A stretch of 64,000 nt of DNA from Polaromonas sp. (GTDB taxonomy: Bacteria; Pseudomonadota; Gammaproteobacteria; Burkholderiales; Burkholderiaceae_C), in NCBI GenBank assembly GCA_028291985.1, contig JAQGNE010000061.1, forward strand, positions 9,713 to 73,712, given 5' to 3'. Within the stretch, counting starts at the first letter, position 1. Every line of letters starts with the position of its first letter. A model generated the notes under the pieces. That model saw only the letters and a list, made by a program, of their open reading frames with translations. It was not told where the DNA came from and searched no databases. Positions 52,354 through 63,757 of this stretch are shown here, piece by piece. Made by a program: the position numbers and the translations under genes.

Positions 52354-52605
52354 ATGCGATCGTTGTTTGGGGTCTTGAGTCTTCTCGTGGTGCTGGCGCT
52401 TGTGGGCGCCCTGGTCAAAAAGCAGCTGGCTTCATCGCGCCAGGCCGTGCCGGCTCTTGCGGTTCCCGCCCACGCGGCTGGCAGTGACGCTTCAGCGCCC
52501 GCTGCGGCAACGGTGCGCGAGCAATCCCAGCAGATTCAGCAGCAGTACAAGCAGGCGCTGGAGCAGGCCATGCAGCAACCGCGCGCGGTTCCCGACGAAA
52601 AATAA
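52354..52605 (+). CDS. Small hypothetical protein with N-terminal membrane anchor
   Basis: MRSLFGVLSLLVVLALVGALVKKQL...QQQYKQALEQAMQQPR. Confidence 0.75.
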   Translation: MRSLFGVLSLLVVLALVGALVKKQLASSRQAVPALAVPAHAAGSDASAPAAATVREQSQQIQQQYKQALEQAMQQPRAVPDEK

Positions 52606-52610
52606 GAGTC

Positions 52611-54082
<1,472 letters not shown>

Positions 54083-54211
54083 CGGCAACAACCGCGGACC
54101 GCAGCTTCCTACAAACGGCTGTGAGCATGTCCCACGTGGCCTCAGCTTGCCTAGCATAGCGTGCCTATTGTCCGCATCACGGTCTCGCTCCGCCCAAGCC
54201 AACACATACCC

Positions 54212-55075
54212 ATGAAGGTCCATCACCTCAACTGCATATCAACCTGTCCGCTGGGTGGCCGCCTGATGGACGGGCGGACGACCTCGCTGTTGCGCCGTGG
54301 CCAGCTGTGCTGCCATTGCCTGCTGCTTGAAACTGCTGACGGCTTGGTTCTGGTGGACACCGGGCTGGGGCTGGAGGATGTCCGTCATCCCAAAAGTCGT
54401 TTGAGCGGCTTTTTCCTTGCCTTGCTGAGCCCGGACTTCCGGGAAGAGATGACGGCGGTCCGCCAGATCGAACGGCTCGGGTTTTCGGCGCAGGATGTCC
54501 GCCACATTGCGCTGACCCACCTGGACTTTGATCATGCCGGCGGCCTGGATGACTTTCCGCTGGCCACTGTTCATATGCTGCAGCTGGAACGCGACCACGC
54601 CGTGCTGCAGAAGACCTGGCTGGACCGGCAACGGTTTCGCCCGCAACAATGGTCTGGCCGCGCCCGATGGCAGGTTTATCCGGCAGAGGGCGGCGGCGAC
54701 TGGTTCGGCTTCAGTGGCGTGCAGCAGCTCAATGGTTTGCCGCTCGAGATCGTGATGGTGCCCTTGATCGGGCATACGCTGGGACACGCCGGTGTCGCGG
54801 TGCGCAAGGGCGACAGGTGGCTTTTGCAGGCGGGTGATGCCTATTTTTATCACCAGGAAATGAACCTTGCCCACCCGCACTGCACGCCCGGCCTGCAGAT
54901 GTATCAGGTGATGATGCAAAAGGACCGATCGGCACGATGGGCCAATCAACGGCGTCTGCGCGAGCTGAAACGCAACTACTCGGCGATGGTGGATGTCATC
55001 TGTGCGCACGATCCCACCGAGTTCGAGCGGGTTGCCCGACGCGCGTTGCAGGCACCCGTTTCAGGCAAGGGCTAG
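54212..55075 (+). CDS. MBL-fold metallo-hydrolase
   Basis: LVDTG, THLDFDHAGG, GHTLGH, AGDAY, CAHD; start set at MKVHHLNC. Confidence 0.88.
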   Translation: MKVHHLNCISTCPLGGRLMDGRTTSLLRRGQLCCHCLLLETADGLVLVDTGLGLEDVRHPKSRLSGFFLALLSPDFREEMTAVRQIERLGFSAQDVRHIALTHLDFDHAGGLDDFPLATVHMLQLERDHAVLQKTWLDRQRFRPQQWSGRARWQVYPAEGGGDWFGFSGVQQLNGLPLEIVMVPLIGHTLGHAGVAVRKGDRWLLQAGDAYFYHQEMNLAHPHCTPGLQMYQVMMQKDRSARWANQRRLRELKRNYSAMVDVICAHDPTEFERVARRALQAPVSGKG

Positions 55076-55144
55076 CCTTGACGCCTGATAAGTCCTGCTG
55101 CTACCAGATAAAACCTAAGCAGCAAGATCGCTTTACCCCAGTCT

Positions 55145-55477
55145 TCAGGGCAGCTCCGAATGACCCCTGGCCGCCTCCAGCTCCCATGGGCTTGCCTCAA
55201 TATTGGGTCCGTCCGGATACGCCTCCGGATTCACTGGCACGCCGCCCGATGGCACCGGCTGAAGTGCTGGGCCAGGCGTCACCAGAGACTCCACCTGCGG
55301 CAGGTTTGCCGCATCGTTATCGAAGCGCAGTTTCTCTCCAGAGGCTGCTTGCGGCTCATCTGCCGCATCGCTGTGCCCACCGGCTTCCGCGCCCAGCGTC
55401 TTGCTTGGGTTGCTGTCACGCGGATGGTTTTCATTGCTATCGTCGGCCGTCCCTGGCCCTATGCTGGCGTTGCTCAT
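55145..55477 (-). CDS. Acidic, Pro-rich hypothetical protein (110 aa)
   Basis: GAGGA Shine-Dalgarno before MSNASIGPG; fills the gap between the MBL gene and ldcA. Confidence 0.55.
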   Translation of the reverse strand: MSNASIGPGTADDSNENHPRDSNPSKTLGAEAGGHSDAADEPQAASGEKLRFDNDAANLPQVESLVTPGPALQPVPSGGVPVNPEAYPDGPNIEASPWELEAARGHSELP

Positions 55478-55612
55478 GGGTGTCCTCGTAAAGGTTTGCA
55501 TGTAGGGACACAACGCTAGGCAGCCATCCACGTCAGTAGCGTCGGCCTCTCTGCGCTCAAGATGTAGGACGAACCGGCAGGTGGCAGGCGTGGCCGATGG
55601 GATACTCGGGAG

Positions 55613-56605
55613 GTGAAAAAGCATATTTACATTTATTCCCCTTCCAGCGCCGTGCGGGACAAAAGTGGCTTCAAGCGGGGCGTGGTGCGTTTGAAGTCCA
55701 TGGGTTATGAGGTTGAGGTCGATCCGGACGCGCTTGCGGTTCATCAGCGATTTGCCGGTACCGACGAGACACGCCTGGCGGCGATTCACCGCGCTGCCGC
55801 TAGCGGCGCCGACATCGCGCTCATCTCGCGCGGTGGATACGGCCTGAGCCGAATCCTTGGCGCCATCAACTACAAGGCAGTGTCCAAGGCCGCAGCTGGC
55901 GGAACCCGGTTTGTGGGCTTCAGTGATTTCACTGCGTTGCAGCTGGCACTGCTGGCCAAGACTGGGGCGACAAGCTGGGCCGGCCCTGCGCTGGCGGAGG
56001 ACCTGGGTGCAGAAGACGGGCCGGACGACATCATGCAGGCCTGCTTTGAGGACCTGGTGTCAGGTCAGGCAGAAGGCACCGGCTGGCGCCTGCCCAAGAT
56101 TCGCGCGATGACGCCAACCGACAACGGCAAAACTTCAGTTGATGCTAGTTTTTCGATAGCAAAAACCGCAGCAGCGACAAGACGAACCGGCGATTTTCAG
56201 GTCAAAAATGCAACCTTGTGGGGTGGCAGCCTGGCGATGCTGTCCTCTCTGGTCGGCACGCCTTATTTGCCGGCAGTCAAAGGTGGCATTCTGTTTTTGG
56301 AAGATGTGGCTGAGCATCCCTACCGCGTTGAACGCATGTTGACCCAATTGCTGCATGCCGGTGTGCTCGCGCAGCAAAAAGCAATCATCTTCGGCCAGTT
56401 CACGCATTACAAATTGCAACCACATGACAAGGGTTTCAAGATGAGCAGTGTCGTGGAATGGCTACAACAGCGGGTGAAGGCCAGGGTATTAACAGGCCTT
56501 CCGTTCGGTCATGTGCCAACCAAGGTCCTGCTTCCGGTAGGCGCTACCGTCAGCCTGGTGGTTGAAGAACGTGACGCCTTTGTACTGTGGGGTCATCAGC
56601 ACTAG
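55613..56605 (+). CDS. ldcA: Muramoyltetrapeptide LD-carboxypeptidase (S66)
   Basis: SPSS, SRGGYG, GFSDFTA, LWGGSL, FLEDVAEHPYRVERML, FGHV. Confidence 0.93.
   Translation: MKKHIYIYSPSSAVRDKSGFKRGVVRLKSMGYEVEVDPDALAVHQRFAGTDETRLAAIHRAAASGADIALISRGGYGLSRILGAINYKAVSKAAAGGTRFVGFSDFTALQLALLAKTGATSWAGPALAEDLGAEDGPDDIMQACFEDLVSGQAEGTGWRLPKIRAMTPTDNGKTSVDASFSIAKTAAATRRTGDFQVKNATLWGGSLAMLSSLVGTPYLPAVKGGILFLEDVAEHPYRVERMLTQLLHAGVLAQQKAIIFGQFTHYKLQPHDKGFKMSSVVEWLQQRVKARVLTGLPFGHVPTKVLLPVGATVSLVVEERDAFVLWGHQH
56143..56197 (-). repeat. 55-bp double-dyad element, copy 9 (antisense, degenerate, inside ldcA)
   Basis: Minus strand AAAATCGCCGGTTCGTC-TTGTCGCTGCT-GCGGTTT-TTGCTATCGAAAAACTAGCA; head and tail in the same register as other copies. 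Confidence 0.55.
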
Positions 56606-56665
56606 CTGCAAATTTCGATTTTTGCGGCTGGGGACAGGTCTTACCGACCAGGCATGCAACGGGAA

Positions 56666-57007
56666 TCAACGTCGCCTGCTGGCTGGAGTGGCTGTCAGGC
56701 TTTCGGGCAGCAGATGCTGAAAGAGGTTGGTGATGTCGGCTATCTTTCGGCTGGCAATCGTTTCGCCATGCGCGCTGGACAACACCGCCATCAACTCGCT
56801 TCGTACGTACCAGAGGCCTTGTGCGTCGAGGGCATAACGCACACGGCGCGCAATCCCGGACTGCATGTCGGCGTCGCACTGGCTCAGCTCCATCAGCATG
56901 CGATCGCGTATGTGCTCGGTGCGGTCGCTCATGAACTGCGGTGTAATCTCGGCTCGACCGAGCAGCGACATGCAGCTGCTTTTGAGATTCGGGAAAAATG
57001 AGATCAT
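56666..57007 (-). CDS. Hypothetical protein (113 aa)
   Basis: EHIRDRML...IARRVRYALDAQGLWYVRSELMAVLSSAHGETIA; plausible helical domain; start uncertain. Confidence 0.7.
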   Translation of the reverse strand: MISFFPNLKSSCMSLLGRAEITPQFMSDRTEHIRDRMLMELSQCDADMQSGIARRVRYALDAQGLWYVRSELMAVLSSAHGETIASRKIADITNLFQHLLPESLTATPASRRR

Positions 57008-57280
57008 GGAAGCGACCTGTTGAAGATTTTGTCCTAGGCAGCAGTGATGCATTCGAACCCTGTAGTACGTCTTGCCTGATGACTGCGTACTGCACCATAT
57101 AAGTCTTACGTTCATGCTCACTTACAGATGAGCCGCAGGCGTCACTTCTGGTAACAAAATGTGAAGTCTTTTAGTGCCGAATTCTCTGCACAGGCACGGA
57201 GATGCCACCGACAGCATGACGTGAGCCGCCCGTCAAGCGGCATCATTTACCATGTTTCAACTCCTTAACCCAGGCCAGCC

Positions 57281-58741
57281 ATGAGCAGTATCAGCCAGAC
57301 CAGTACCACCGCTTTTCCGTCCCACTACATCAACGGCAAGTGGGTGCAAGCCGCTTCAGGGCAGTTGTTGCCGGTGCATGATTCCAGTACCGAGGAACTC
57401 ATGGCCACGGTGCCCGCCGGCACGGCAGAAGAAACAAACAGCGCCATCGCGGCGGCGCGGACCGCTTTTGAGGGCTGGTCGCAGCTGCCGGTCGAAACGC
57501 GCGCCGCCTATCTGGACAAGATTGCGGCTGGCGTCAAGGCTCGTACCGATGACCTGGCCATGGCCATAGCCCGCGAGGTTGGCATGCCGTTGAAGATGGC
57601 CCGCGCCATTCAGGTAGGTGGGCCTGCCTGGCATTGGGGTAACTTTGCCAAGGTAGCCAGGGCATTCGAATGGGAGAAAACCGTTGCCGGGCCGACGGGG
57701 AGCTCATTGGTTGTACGTGAGGCGATAGGTGTCGTGGGTTGCATCACGCCGTGGAACTTTCCCCTGAGCCAGATCACTCTCAAGATTGCCCCGGCAATGG
57801 TGGCGGGCTGCACCGTGGTGTTAAAGCCCAGCGAGATTGCCCCGGTCAATGCGCTGATACTGGCTGAAATCATCGACGAAGCAGGGCTTCCGCCGGGCGT
57901 GTTCAACCTGGTCAACGGCCTCGGCCCCGTGGTCGGCGAGGTCCTGGCCACCCATGCTGACGTTGACATGGTGAGCTTTACCGGATCAACCCGCGCCGGC
58001 AAGCGTGTAGCCGAGCTGGCAAGTCAGTCGGTGAAGCGGGTGACGCTGGAGCTCGGCGGGAAATCCGCAAGTGTGATTTTGGAGAGCGCCAACCTGGAGG
58101 CAGCGGTTAAGGGCACAGTGGCTGCCTGCATGCTGAACAGCGGGCAAACCTGCTCGGCACATACCCGGATGCTGGTGCCGGCCAGCCGGTATGACGAGGC
58201 GAAAGCATTGGCGCGCGCTGCAGTAGAGCGCTTCAGCGTTGGCCCGAGCCTGGCTGATACCAGCAAGCTGGGACCGCTGGTCAGCGCCGCGCAGCGCGAC
58301 CGGGTGCTGGGATTCATCAACACCGGCATACAGGAGGGTGCAGACGTGATAGCGGGCGGCCCACAAACGCCGCCGGGCAAAGGCTACTTTGTGCAACCCA
58401 CCATTTTGGGCATCAAGCCGGGGGACACCCTGGCGCAGGAAGAGATCTTTGGGCCTGTGCTGGTGGTGATTGCTTTTGATGACGAAGAACAAGCCGTTGC
58501 CATCGCCAACAACACCATTTATGGCCTGGGCGGCGCGGTGTGGGCAGGAAGTGACGAGGCCGCGATCAAGGTGGCGAGGCGCATTCGCACCGGGCAGGTT
58601 GACATCAATGGCGGTCCGTTCAATGCCAGCGCACCATTCGGTGGCTACAAGCAGTCAGGCAACGGACGGGAAAACGGCGTTTATGGACTTGAAGAGTTTC
58701 TTGAATTCAAGTCGCTCCAGCTTAGGCCGGCGCCCGCCTGA
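57281..58741 (+). CDS. Aldehyde dehydrogenase family protein
   Basis: [49 protein letters not shown]. Confidence 0.96.
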   Translation: MSSISQTSTTAFPSHYINGKWVQAASGQLLPVHDSSTEELMATVPAGTAEETNSAIAAARTAFEGWSQLPVETRAAYLDKIAAGVKARTDDLAMAIAREVGMPLKMARAIQVGGPAWHWGNFAKVARAFEWEKTVAGPTGSSLVVREAIGVVGCITPWNFPLSQITLKIAPAMVAGCTVVLKPSEIAPVNALILAEIIDEAGLPPGVFNLVNGLGPVVGEVLATHADVDMVSFTGSTRAGKRVAELASQSVKRVTLELGGKSASVILESANLEAAVKGTVAACMLNSGQTCSAHTRMLVPASRYDEAKALARAAVERFSVGPSLADTSKLGPLVSAAQRDRVLGFINTGIQEGADVIAGGPQTPPGKGYFVQPTILGIKPGDTLAQEEIFGPVLVVIAFDDEEQAVAIANNTIYGLGGAVWAGSDEAAIKVARRIRTGQVDINGGPFNASAPFGGYKQSGNGRENGVYGLEEFLEFKSLQLRPAPA

Positions 58742-58844
58742 GATACGACGCTGTTGCAGCGCCCCAGCCACATACCGATGTATCAAAGCCCCCGATTTGA
58801 AAGGTGTGTGATTTAATTCATTAAAAAGGACACTGCAGCACTCA

Positions 58845-59759
58845 ATGGCCGAAGCTACCGTCGTATTTGCCGACCTCAATGGAAGTACCGGCGTTTTTGA
58901 ATTGCTCGGCAATGCGAAGGCGACGCAGGCCATCACCCGGCTGACAGGATGGATGGGCCGGGTCTGCACCCTGAACAATGGTCAGGTTGTTAAAAACCTG
59001 GGTGACGGCGTGCTGATGGTGTTTACCGAAAACACCGATGCCATCGACGCGGTGATGGAAATGCAGCGGGTCCACACCGAGCGTATCAAGACTTGGCCTG
59101 AGTCATTTAAGATGCGCCTGCAAATCGGGCTTTCACGCGGCGAGGTGATAGAGCAGGGCGGTGACTTTTTTGGCGATGCGGTAAACGTCGCCGCGCGTCT
59201 TTCTGATCTTTCAGGTCCAGACCAGATTCTGGGCACCGAGACAGTCATCCATGAACTCGAACCCAACGGGCCAGTGCGTTTCAGAAGCCTTGGTAGCATG
59301 GACATCAGGGGCCGTAACGAGGCCTGCTTGGTGTACCGCGTTGAATGGCAGAACGAGTTTGGCAGCGAATTTTTCACACTGCCTGCCAGCCTGAATGCGA
59401 TGTATCCGATGAAGACGACATCTAACACTGCTGCCATCCGCCTGTCATGGCTGGATGTCAACGCGACCTTCACGCCAGCGCAACTGCCCATTCATATCGG
59501 ACGCGATACAGAAACCCAGTTTGTCATCAATGATCCGCGCGTGTCGCGCCTTCATGCCAAGATATCGTGGCGCGCTGGGAAGTATCACCTGGAAGATGTC
59601 AGCAGCTACGGCACCTGGCTTCGTTTTGCTGAAAACCAGGCCGTAATCAACCTCAGGCGCCAGGAATGTCCGCTGCTGGTCAAAGGCGAGATGGCCATGG
59701 GCGCACCGTTTGAGGACTTCACCGTGCCGACTGTAGTGTTCACTTTTCAGGCGACTTGA
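58845..59759 (+). CDS. Class III adenylate cyclase domain fused to a C-terminal FHA domain
   Basis: VFADL, VKNLGDGV, DFFGDAVNVAARL; IGRD...SRLHAKI...LEDVSSYGT. Confidence 0.9.
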   Translation: MAEATVVFADLNGSTGVFELLGNAKATQAITRLTGWMGRVCTLNNGQVVKNLGDGVLMVFTENTDAIDAVMEMQRVHTERIKTWPESFKMRLQIGLSRGEVIEQGGDFFGDAVNVAARLSDLSGPDQILGTETVIHELEPNGPVRFRSLGSMDIRGRNEACLVYRVEWQNEFGSEFFTLPASLNAMYPMKTTSNTAAIRLSWLDVNATFTPAQLPIHIGRDTETQFVINDPRVSRLHAKISWRAGKYHLEDVSSYGTWLRFAENQAVINLRRQECPLLVKGEMAMGAPFEDFTVPTVVFTFQAT

Positions 59760-59905
59760 TGCGGTGACGGGAAAGCCGGTGGTCTGCGGGTGGTAATAGC
59801 TGGCGGGAGGGCTGCTACATGTCGCCGGACCGTTACCGCTAACCGCCTATCTCTGATCGTTGACCGCTACGTGCTACGCGAAACCCTGAGGTACGAAGCT
59901 GTGAC

Positions 59906-59960
59906 TGCTATGCATTAGATAGCTATAGGCCCTTGCGTTCAATGGGCTACAGCCACTTTT
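59906..59960 (-). repeat. 55-bp double-dyad element, copy 10 (intergenic, convergent gap)
   Basis: Minus strand AAAAGTGGCTGTAGCCC-ATTGAACGCAA-GGGCCTA-TAGCTATCTAATGCATAGCA. Confidence 0.87.
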
Positions 59961-60048
59961 TCTGTAAATTTCATCGGTATGGATCGTCAGCCGGGGTTAG
60001 CGGTCGACATCATCCGGTCTGCTGCGCTGTCCGCAGGCGAGATGGCGA

Positions 60049-62223
60049 TCAGGCTGCTATGCCTTCAACGTCAAGCCTTTCCCAATGGCGATGCAGCGCC
60101 ACGGCTGCAATAAAGTCCTGAGACACCTGCCCGTCGATCACTTTTCGGGAATCGGCAATCACCATGCCGGCTGCTGGTGTTGCCACCACTTCCAGGTTTT
60201 TGCCCAGCGCAAAACCAAGCGCTGCAAACAGCTCCACACCCTCGTTGATGGCGCATATCGGCTTGCAATGCTTGTAGGCTTCCATGACAAAGTGCATGGC
60301 ACTGCCCATGCCGCGCAGGGCTTCAATATGCGGCGCACCACCGGGAACGATGACCGCGTCGAACATCACCGAAGGCATGGTGCAAAACGTATGGTCCACT
60401 GGCATCTGGCGGCCGCCGGCGGTGCTCACGCTGCCGAGCTGGTGACTGACAGTCTTGCACACGGCCCCCGCACTGGCCAGGTCCAGCATCAGGCGTTTGA
60501 CACTGGCGGGTTCGACCCCGTCAGCGACCAGCACGGCTACCCGGCGTGTTTTCACATGGGTTCCAGGCTTGCTCGCCATGCGCAGGCTGGGCTCTTCGTC
60601 CAGCTTGTTGGCGATGCGGTGATCGCGAAAGCCCAGACGACCCGCTGCGGCCTTGGGGTCGGGTGTACCAATGCCCAAAGGCGCTGCCACACGCGAGGCC
60701 AGCTTCATGTCGACATGTGCCAGGTTGTCAACGACACGCTGGCGAATGTTCACCTGCTCCACACGCGACAACTCAAATCGGAAGGCTGCGACGATATGGT
60801 CTTTTTCAGCGTTGCTCTGGCTGTTCCAAAACAGCGTGGCCTGCGAAAAGTGATCATCAAACGACGGACTTCTACCGCGACTTTTTGAGGAGTCGGTCAC
60901 CTCCGGCGACTCCTTGAAGCCCTGCGCAGCGCCGTCAATCCGAAACTCCGAGCCATTGCCCAGGGTGTTTGGCTCATACGCCACACGACCTTTCAGGATA
61001 GTCTGGCGATGGGTTCCATCGCGCTGGAAATTGTGCATCGGACACACGCTGCGGTTAATAGGAATCTCGTGAAAGTTGGCCCCGCCCAATCGCGAGCGCT
61101 GGGTTTCGCTGTACGCGAAAAGCCGGCCCTGCAGCAAAGGGTCATTTGAGAAATCGATACCAGGCACCAAATGGCCCGGATTGAAGGCAATCTGCTCCGT
61201 CTCGGCAAAAAAGTTGTCCGGGTTCCGGTTCAGGGTCAGCCTGCCAATCAACTGCACAGGTACCTGTGACTCGGGAATGAGTTTGGTCGGATCCAAAATA
61301 TCGAAGCCGAGCTCTCCCTCTTTTCCGGCGTCGATGATCTGAACGCCCAACTCCCACTCAGGAAAGTGTCCGCTCTCGATAGCTTCCCATAAATCACGCC
61401 GATGAAAATCAGGGTCCTTACCAGCAATCTTCTGGGCCTCATCCCAGGCCAGTGCGTGTACGCCCAGCTTTGGTTTCCAGTGAAACTTCACAAAGTGCGC
61501 ATCCCCGCCCGCGTTGATGAATTTGAAGGCGTGAACCCCAAAACCCTCCATCATGCGAAAGCTTCGCGGAATTGCGCGATCGGACATCGTCCACATCAGC
61601 ATGTGGGTCGACTCCGGCATCAACGATGCAAAGTCCCAAAAGGTGTCGTGCCCGGTGCTAGCCTGCGGCATGCCGCAGTTCGGCTCAGGTTTGAGCGCAT
61701 GCATCAGGTCTGGAAACTTGATCGCATCCTGAACGAAAAACACCGGCATGCTGCAGCCGACAAGGTCGTAGTTGCCTTCCTGGGTATAAAACTTGACCGC
61801 AAAGCCGCGCGCATCCCTTACGGTGTCGGCCGAGCCGGCCTGACCGGTCGTCGTCGAGAACCTGACGAATACTGGTGTTTCAACACCGGGATCCTGCAGA
61901 AAACCTGCTGTGGTGTAGGGCGCCATCGACTTGTAGGGCTTGAAGAAACCGTGAGCGCCAGAGCCTCTTGCGTAAACCGCGCGTTCAGGAATGCGTTCGT
62001 GGGCAAAGTGGGCAAGCTTTTCCCTCAGTATGAAGTCTTCCATCAGGGTAGGTCCGCGCGGGCCTGCCTTCAGGGAATTGTGGTTGTCGGTAATCTGCAA
62101 GCCCTGATTGGTCGTCAACAGGTTGCTGGACTCTTCCCGGCTCGACTCCAGCTGATGGAGTTTGTTTTTTGCGCTGTCGTTGTTTTTGGCACTGCCAGCG
62201 ACCTTGCGCTTGGTTGTTAGCAT
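60049..62223 (-). CDS. katE: Large-subunit (HPII/KatE-type) catalase homologue with C-terminal DJ-1-like domain; distal catalytic residues substituted
   Basis: [38 protein letters not shown]-terminal [11 protein letters not shown]; but VYARG replaces VHARG and VGCS replaces VGNN. Confidence 0.92.
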   Translation of the reverse strand: MLTTKRKVAGSAKNNDSAKNKLHQLESSREESSNLLTTNQGLQITDNHNSLKAGPRGPTLMEDFILREKLAHFAHERIPERAVYARGSGAHGFFKPYKSMAPYTTAGFLQDPGVETPVFVRFSTTTGQAGSADTVRDARGFAVKFYTQEGNYDLVGCSMPVFFVQDAIKFPDLMHALKPEPNCGMPQASTGHDTFWDFASLMPESTHMLMWTMSDRAIPRSFRMMEGFGVHAFKFINAGGDAHFVKFHWKPKLGVHALAWDEAQKIAGKDPDFHRRDLWEAIESGHFPEWELGVQIIDAGKEGELGFDILDPTKLIPESQVPVQLIGRLTLNRNPDNFFAETEQIAFNPGHLVPGIDFSNDPLLQGRLFAYSETQRSRLGGANFHEIPINRSVCPMHNFQRDGTHRQTILKGRVAYEPNTLGNGSEFRIDGAAQGFKESPEVTDSSKSRGRSPSFDDHFSQATLFWNSQSNAEKDHIVAAFRFELSRVEQVNIRQRVVDNLAHVDMKLASRVAAPLGIGTPDPKAAAGRLGFRDHRIANKLDEEPSLRMASKPGTHVKTRRVAVLVADGVEPASVKRLMLDLASAGAVCKTVSHQLGSVSTAGGRQMPVDHTFCTMPSVMFDAVIVPGGAPHIEALRGMGSAMHFVMEAYKHCKPICAINEGVELFAALGFALGKNLEVVATPAAGMVIADSRKVIDGQVSQDFIAAVALHRHWERLDVEGIAA

Positions 62224-62294
62224 GTAATTTCCGCTTCGTAAATGGGTAGAGCCAGGGCGGCTGCTTGGGCATCGCCGGTCAACGCCTTGGCTAT

Positions 62295-62561
62295 TTATTG
62301 TTCGGGCGTGCCCTGCAGTAGCCGGGCTAGCACCAGCACCGCCATGAGCGACAGGGCGCTTAAAAAGACCCAGCCAATCATGTCTTGCGCCAGACTGGCT
62401 ACTGCATCAGGCAAAAGGAGTGAGAAAGCCAGCGACGCTGCGGTGGCCATCAGCAACACCAGAAATAACTCCAGGTAGTCACTGCGTGGTCCGGTGTCGG
62501 GCTGACAGAAATCGCGGTCGTCACATGCCGGTTCCGACATGCCCTCCACCGCAGATTTCAT
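62295..62561 (-). CDS. Small two-TM hypothetical protein
   Basis: YLELFLVLLMATAASLAFSLLLP...IGWVFLSALSLMAVLVLARLL; start uncertain. Confidence 0.55.
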   Translation of the reverse strand: MKSAVEGMSEPACDDRDFCQPDTGPRSDYLELFLVLLMATAASLAFSLLLPDAVASLAQDMIGWVFLSALSLMAVLVLARLLQGTPEQ

Positions 62562-62797
62562 GGTGTTGCCCGATACTGAAATTGGAGTTGACGAAATCCC
62601 GAGCCGTAATCGGGCGAATGCACCTAGGGTAGAGCCTGCTGGCCGAAAGTGGGTGGCAAAAACGCCGGCACGACTGTAAGGTCCTGCTGTACTTGATGTA
62701 AGACATTGCTTACTGCTGTCGAGCGCCAGCAGGTGTTGATCTCTTTGTATGGGATACCAGCGCAAGACTGGTGGCCGATACTGGGTGAAGGTGCGGC

Positions 62798-63757
62798 CTA
62801 GCCAGCGCCCAAGCCTGTCCGCAACTGCCTTTGGTATTCCGCCTTTTTCATCTGGAGATAAGCGTTTCGATCTACTTCATGGAGCTGCAGTTTGTAGCGC
62901 TCAGTCGCGTCAAACCAGTGTTCGAAGCGGGCTTCCGGCACTTGCAACGGCGGTTTATTCGGTGACGCAAGGTAGGCTTCAATAGCCAGGTAATAACGCA
63001 TGGTGTTGCGCTCGACCGCGCCGCGCATTCCCCCCACATAAGGCGATTTTTTGTCGGCGCCGTTGACTGTGAAGCCAACTTTGCCGTTACCAACCGTGGC
63101 CAGGTATCCCTGCATGGCCAATCGTCCAGCAACGCCGTAGCCATAGGAATAGCGCAAATGCATGAAAGTCTTACCGCCTGCCACGGGTATTGCCTCGAAC
63201 TCTATGCGGTAATCGCTTGTGCCAACCGGGCCTTGCGCCGCATTCAGTTGGATAGCCAGATAATCCGGCGCTGAAGCGGCGAGCTTCATGGCAAATTCAA
63301 GCGCAAAGGTGTCGTCAATGGCTTGCGGCGTTTTCTTGCCGATATTGACCCGAAGCATTGACGGGGTCGCCTGCGCGCCAGCCTTGCAGTACTTGGTGTT
63401 GATATGCAAGATCATGACCTCGCACCATTGCACTGGGCTTTTGAAGGCAACTGCTACGGTTTCGAACGGCGCGTTCAGCACGGCGTAAGCGTCGCCGCTG
63501 ACTGTCGATCGGCTCTCGGCAGACTCCAGAAACAAAGGCCGGCTGAAATCATTTTTGGCAAGTCGATCTTTCAGTTCGGCATACCGAAGCTGCAGCGCCC
63601 CGGAAGCGGCCGACGACGGGGCGGGAGAGGGCAGTTGTGCGGAGGCCAGCGAATGGGTGCAAGCCAAAGCCAATGCGCCTGATGCTTTCACGACCGCCAG
63701 CGCAAAGCGTCCGTATCGCCTAGCCACAGTTGCTTGCCTGTCGTGCCCCCATCGCAT
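62798..63757 (-). CDS. Secreted hypothetical protein (start uncertain)
   Basis: Signal-like ALALACTHSLASA-QLP, Pro/Ser linker, globular domain with WCEVMILHINTKYC, GPVGTSDYRI, GAVERNTMRYYLAIEAYL. Confidence 0.75.
   Translation of the reverse strand: MRWGHDRQATVARRYGRFALAVVKASGALALACTHSLASAQLPSPAPSSAASGALQLRYAELKDRLAKNDFSRPLFLESAESRSTVSGDAYAVLNAPFETVAVAFKSPVQWCEVMILHINTKYCKAGAQATPSMLRVNIGKKTPQAIDDTFALEFAMKLAASAPDYLAIQLNAAQGPVGTSDYRIEFEAIPVAGGKTFMHLRYSYGYGVAGRLAMQGYLATVGNGKVGFTVNGADKKSPYVGGMRGAVERNTMRYYLAIEAYLASPNKPPLQVPEARFEHWFDATERYKLQLHEVDRNAYLQMKKAEYQRQLRTGLGAG

Noticed and set aside
55084-55125. TGCTAC-containing AT-rich stretch resembling the element tail
   Set aside because: Lacks the second half of the dyad and the GCCC/GGGC stem.
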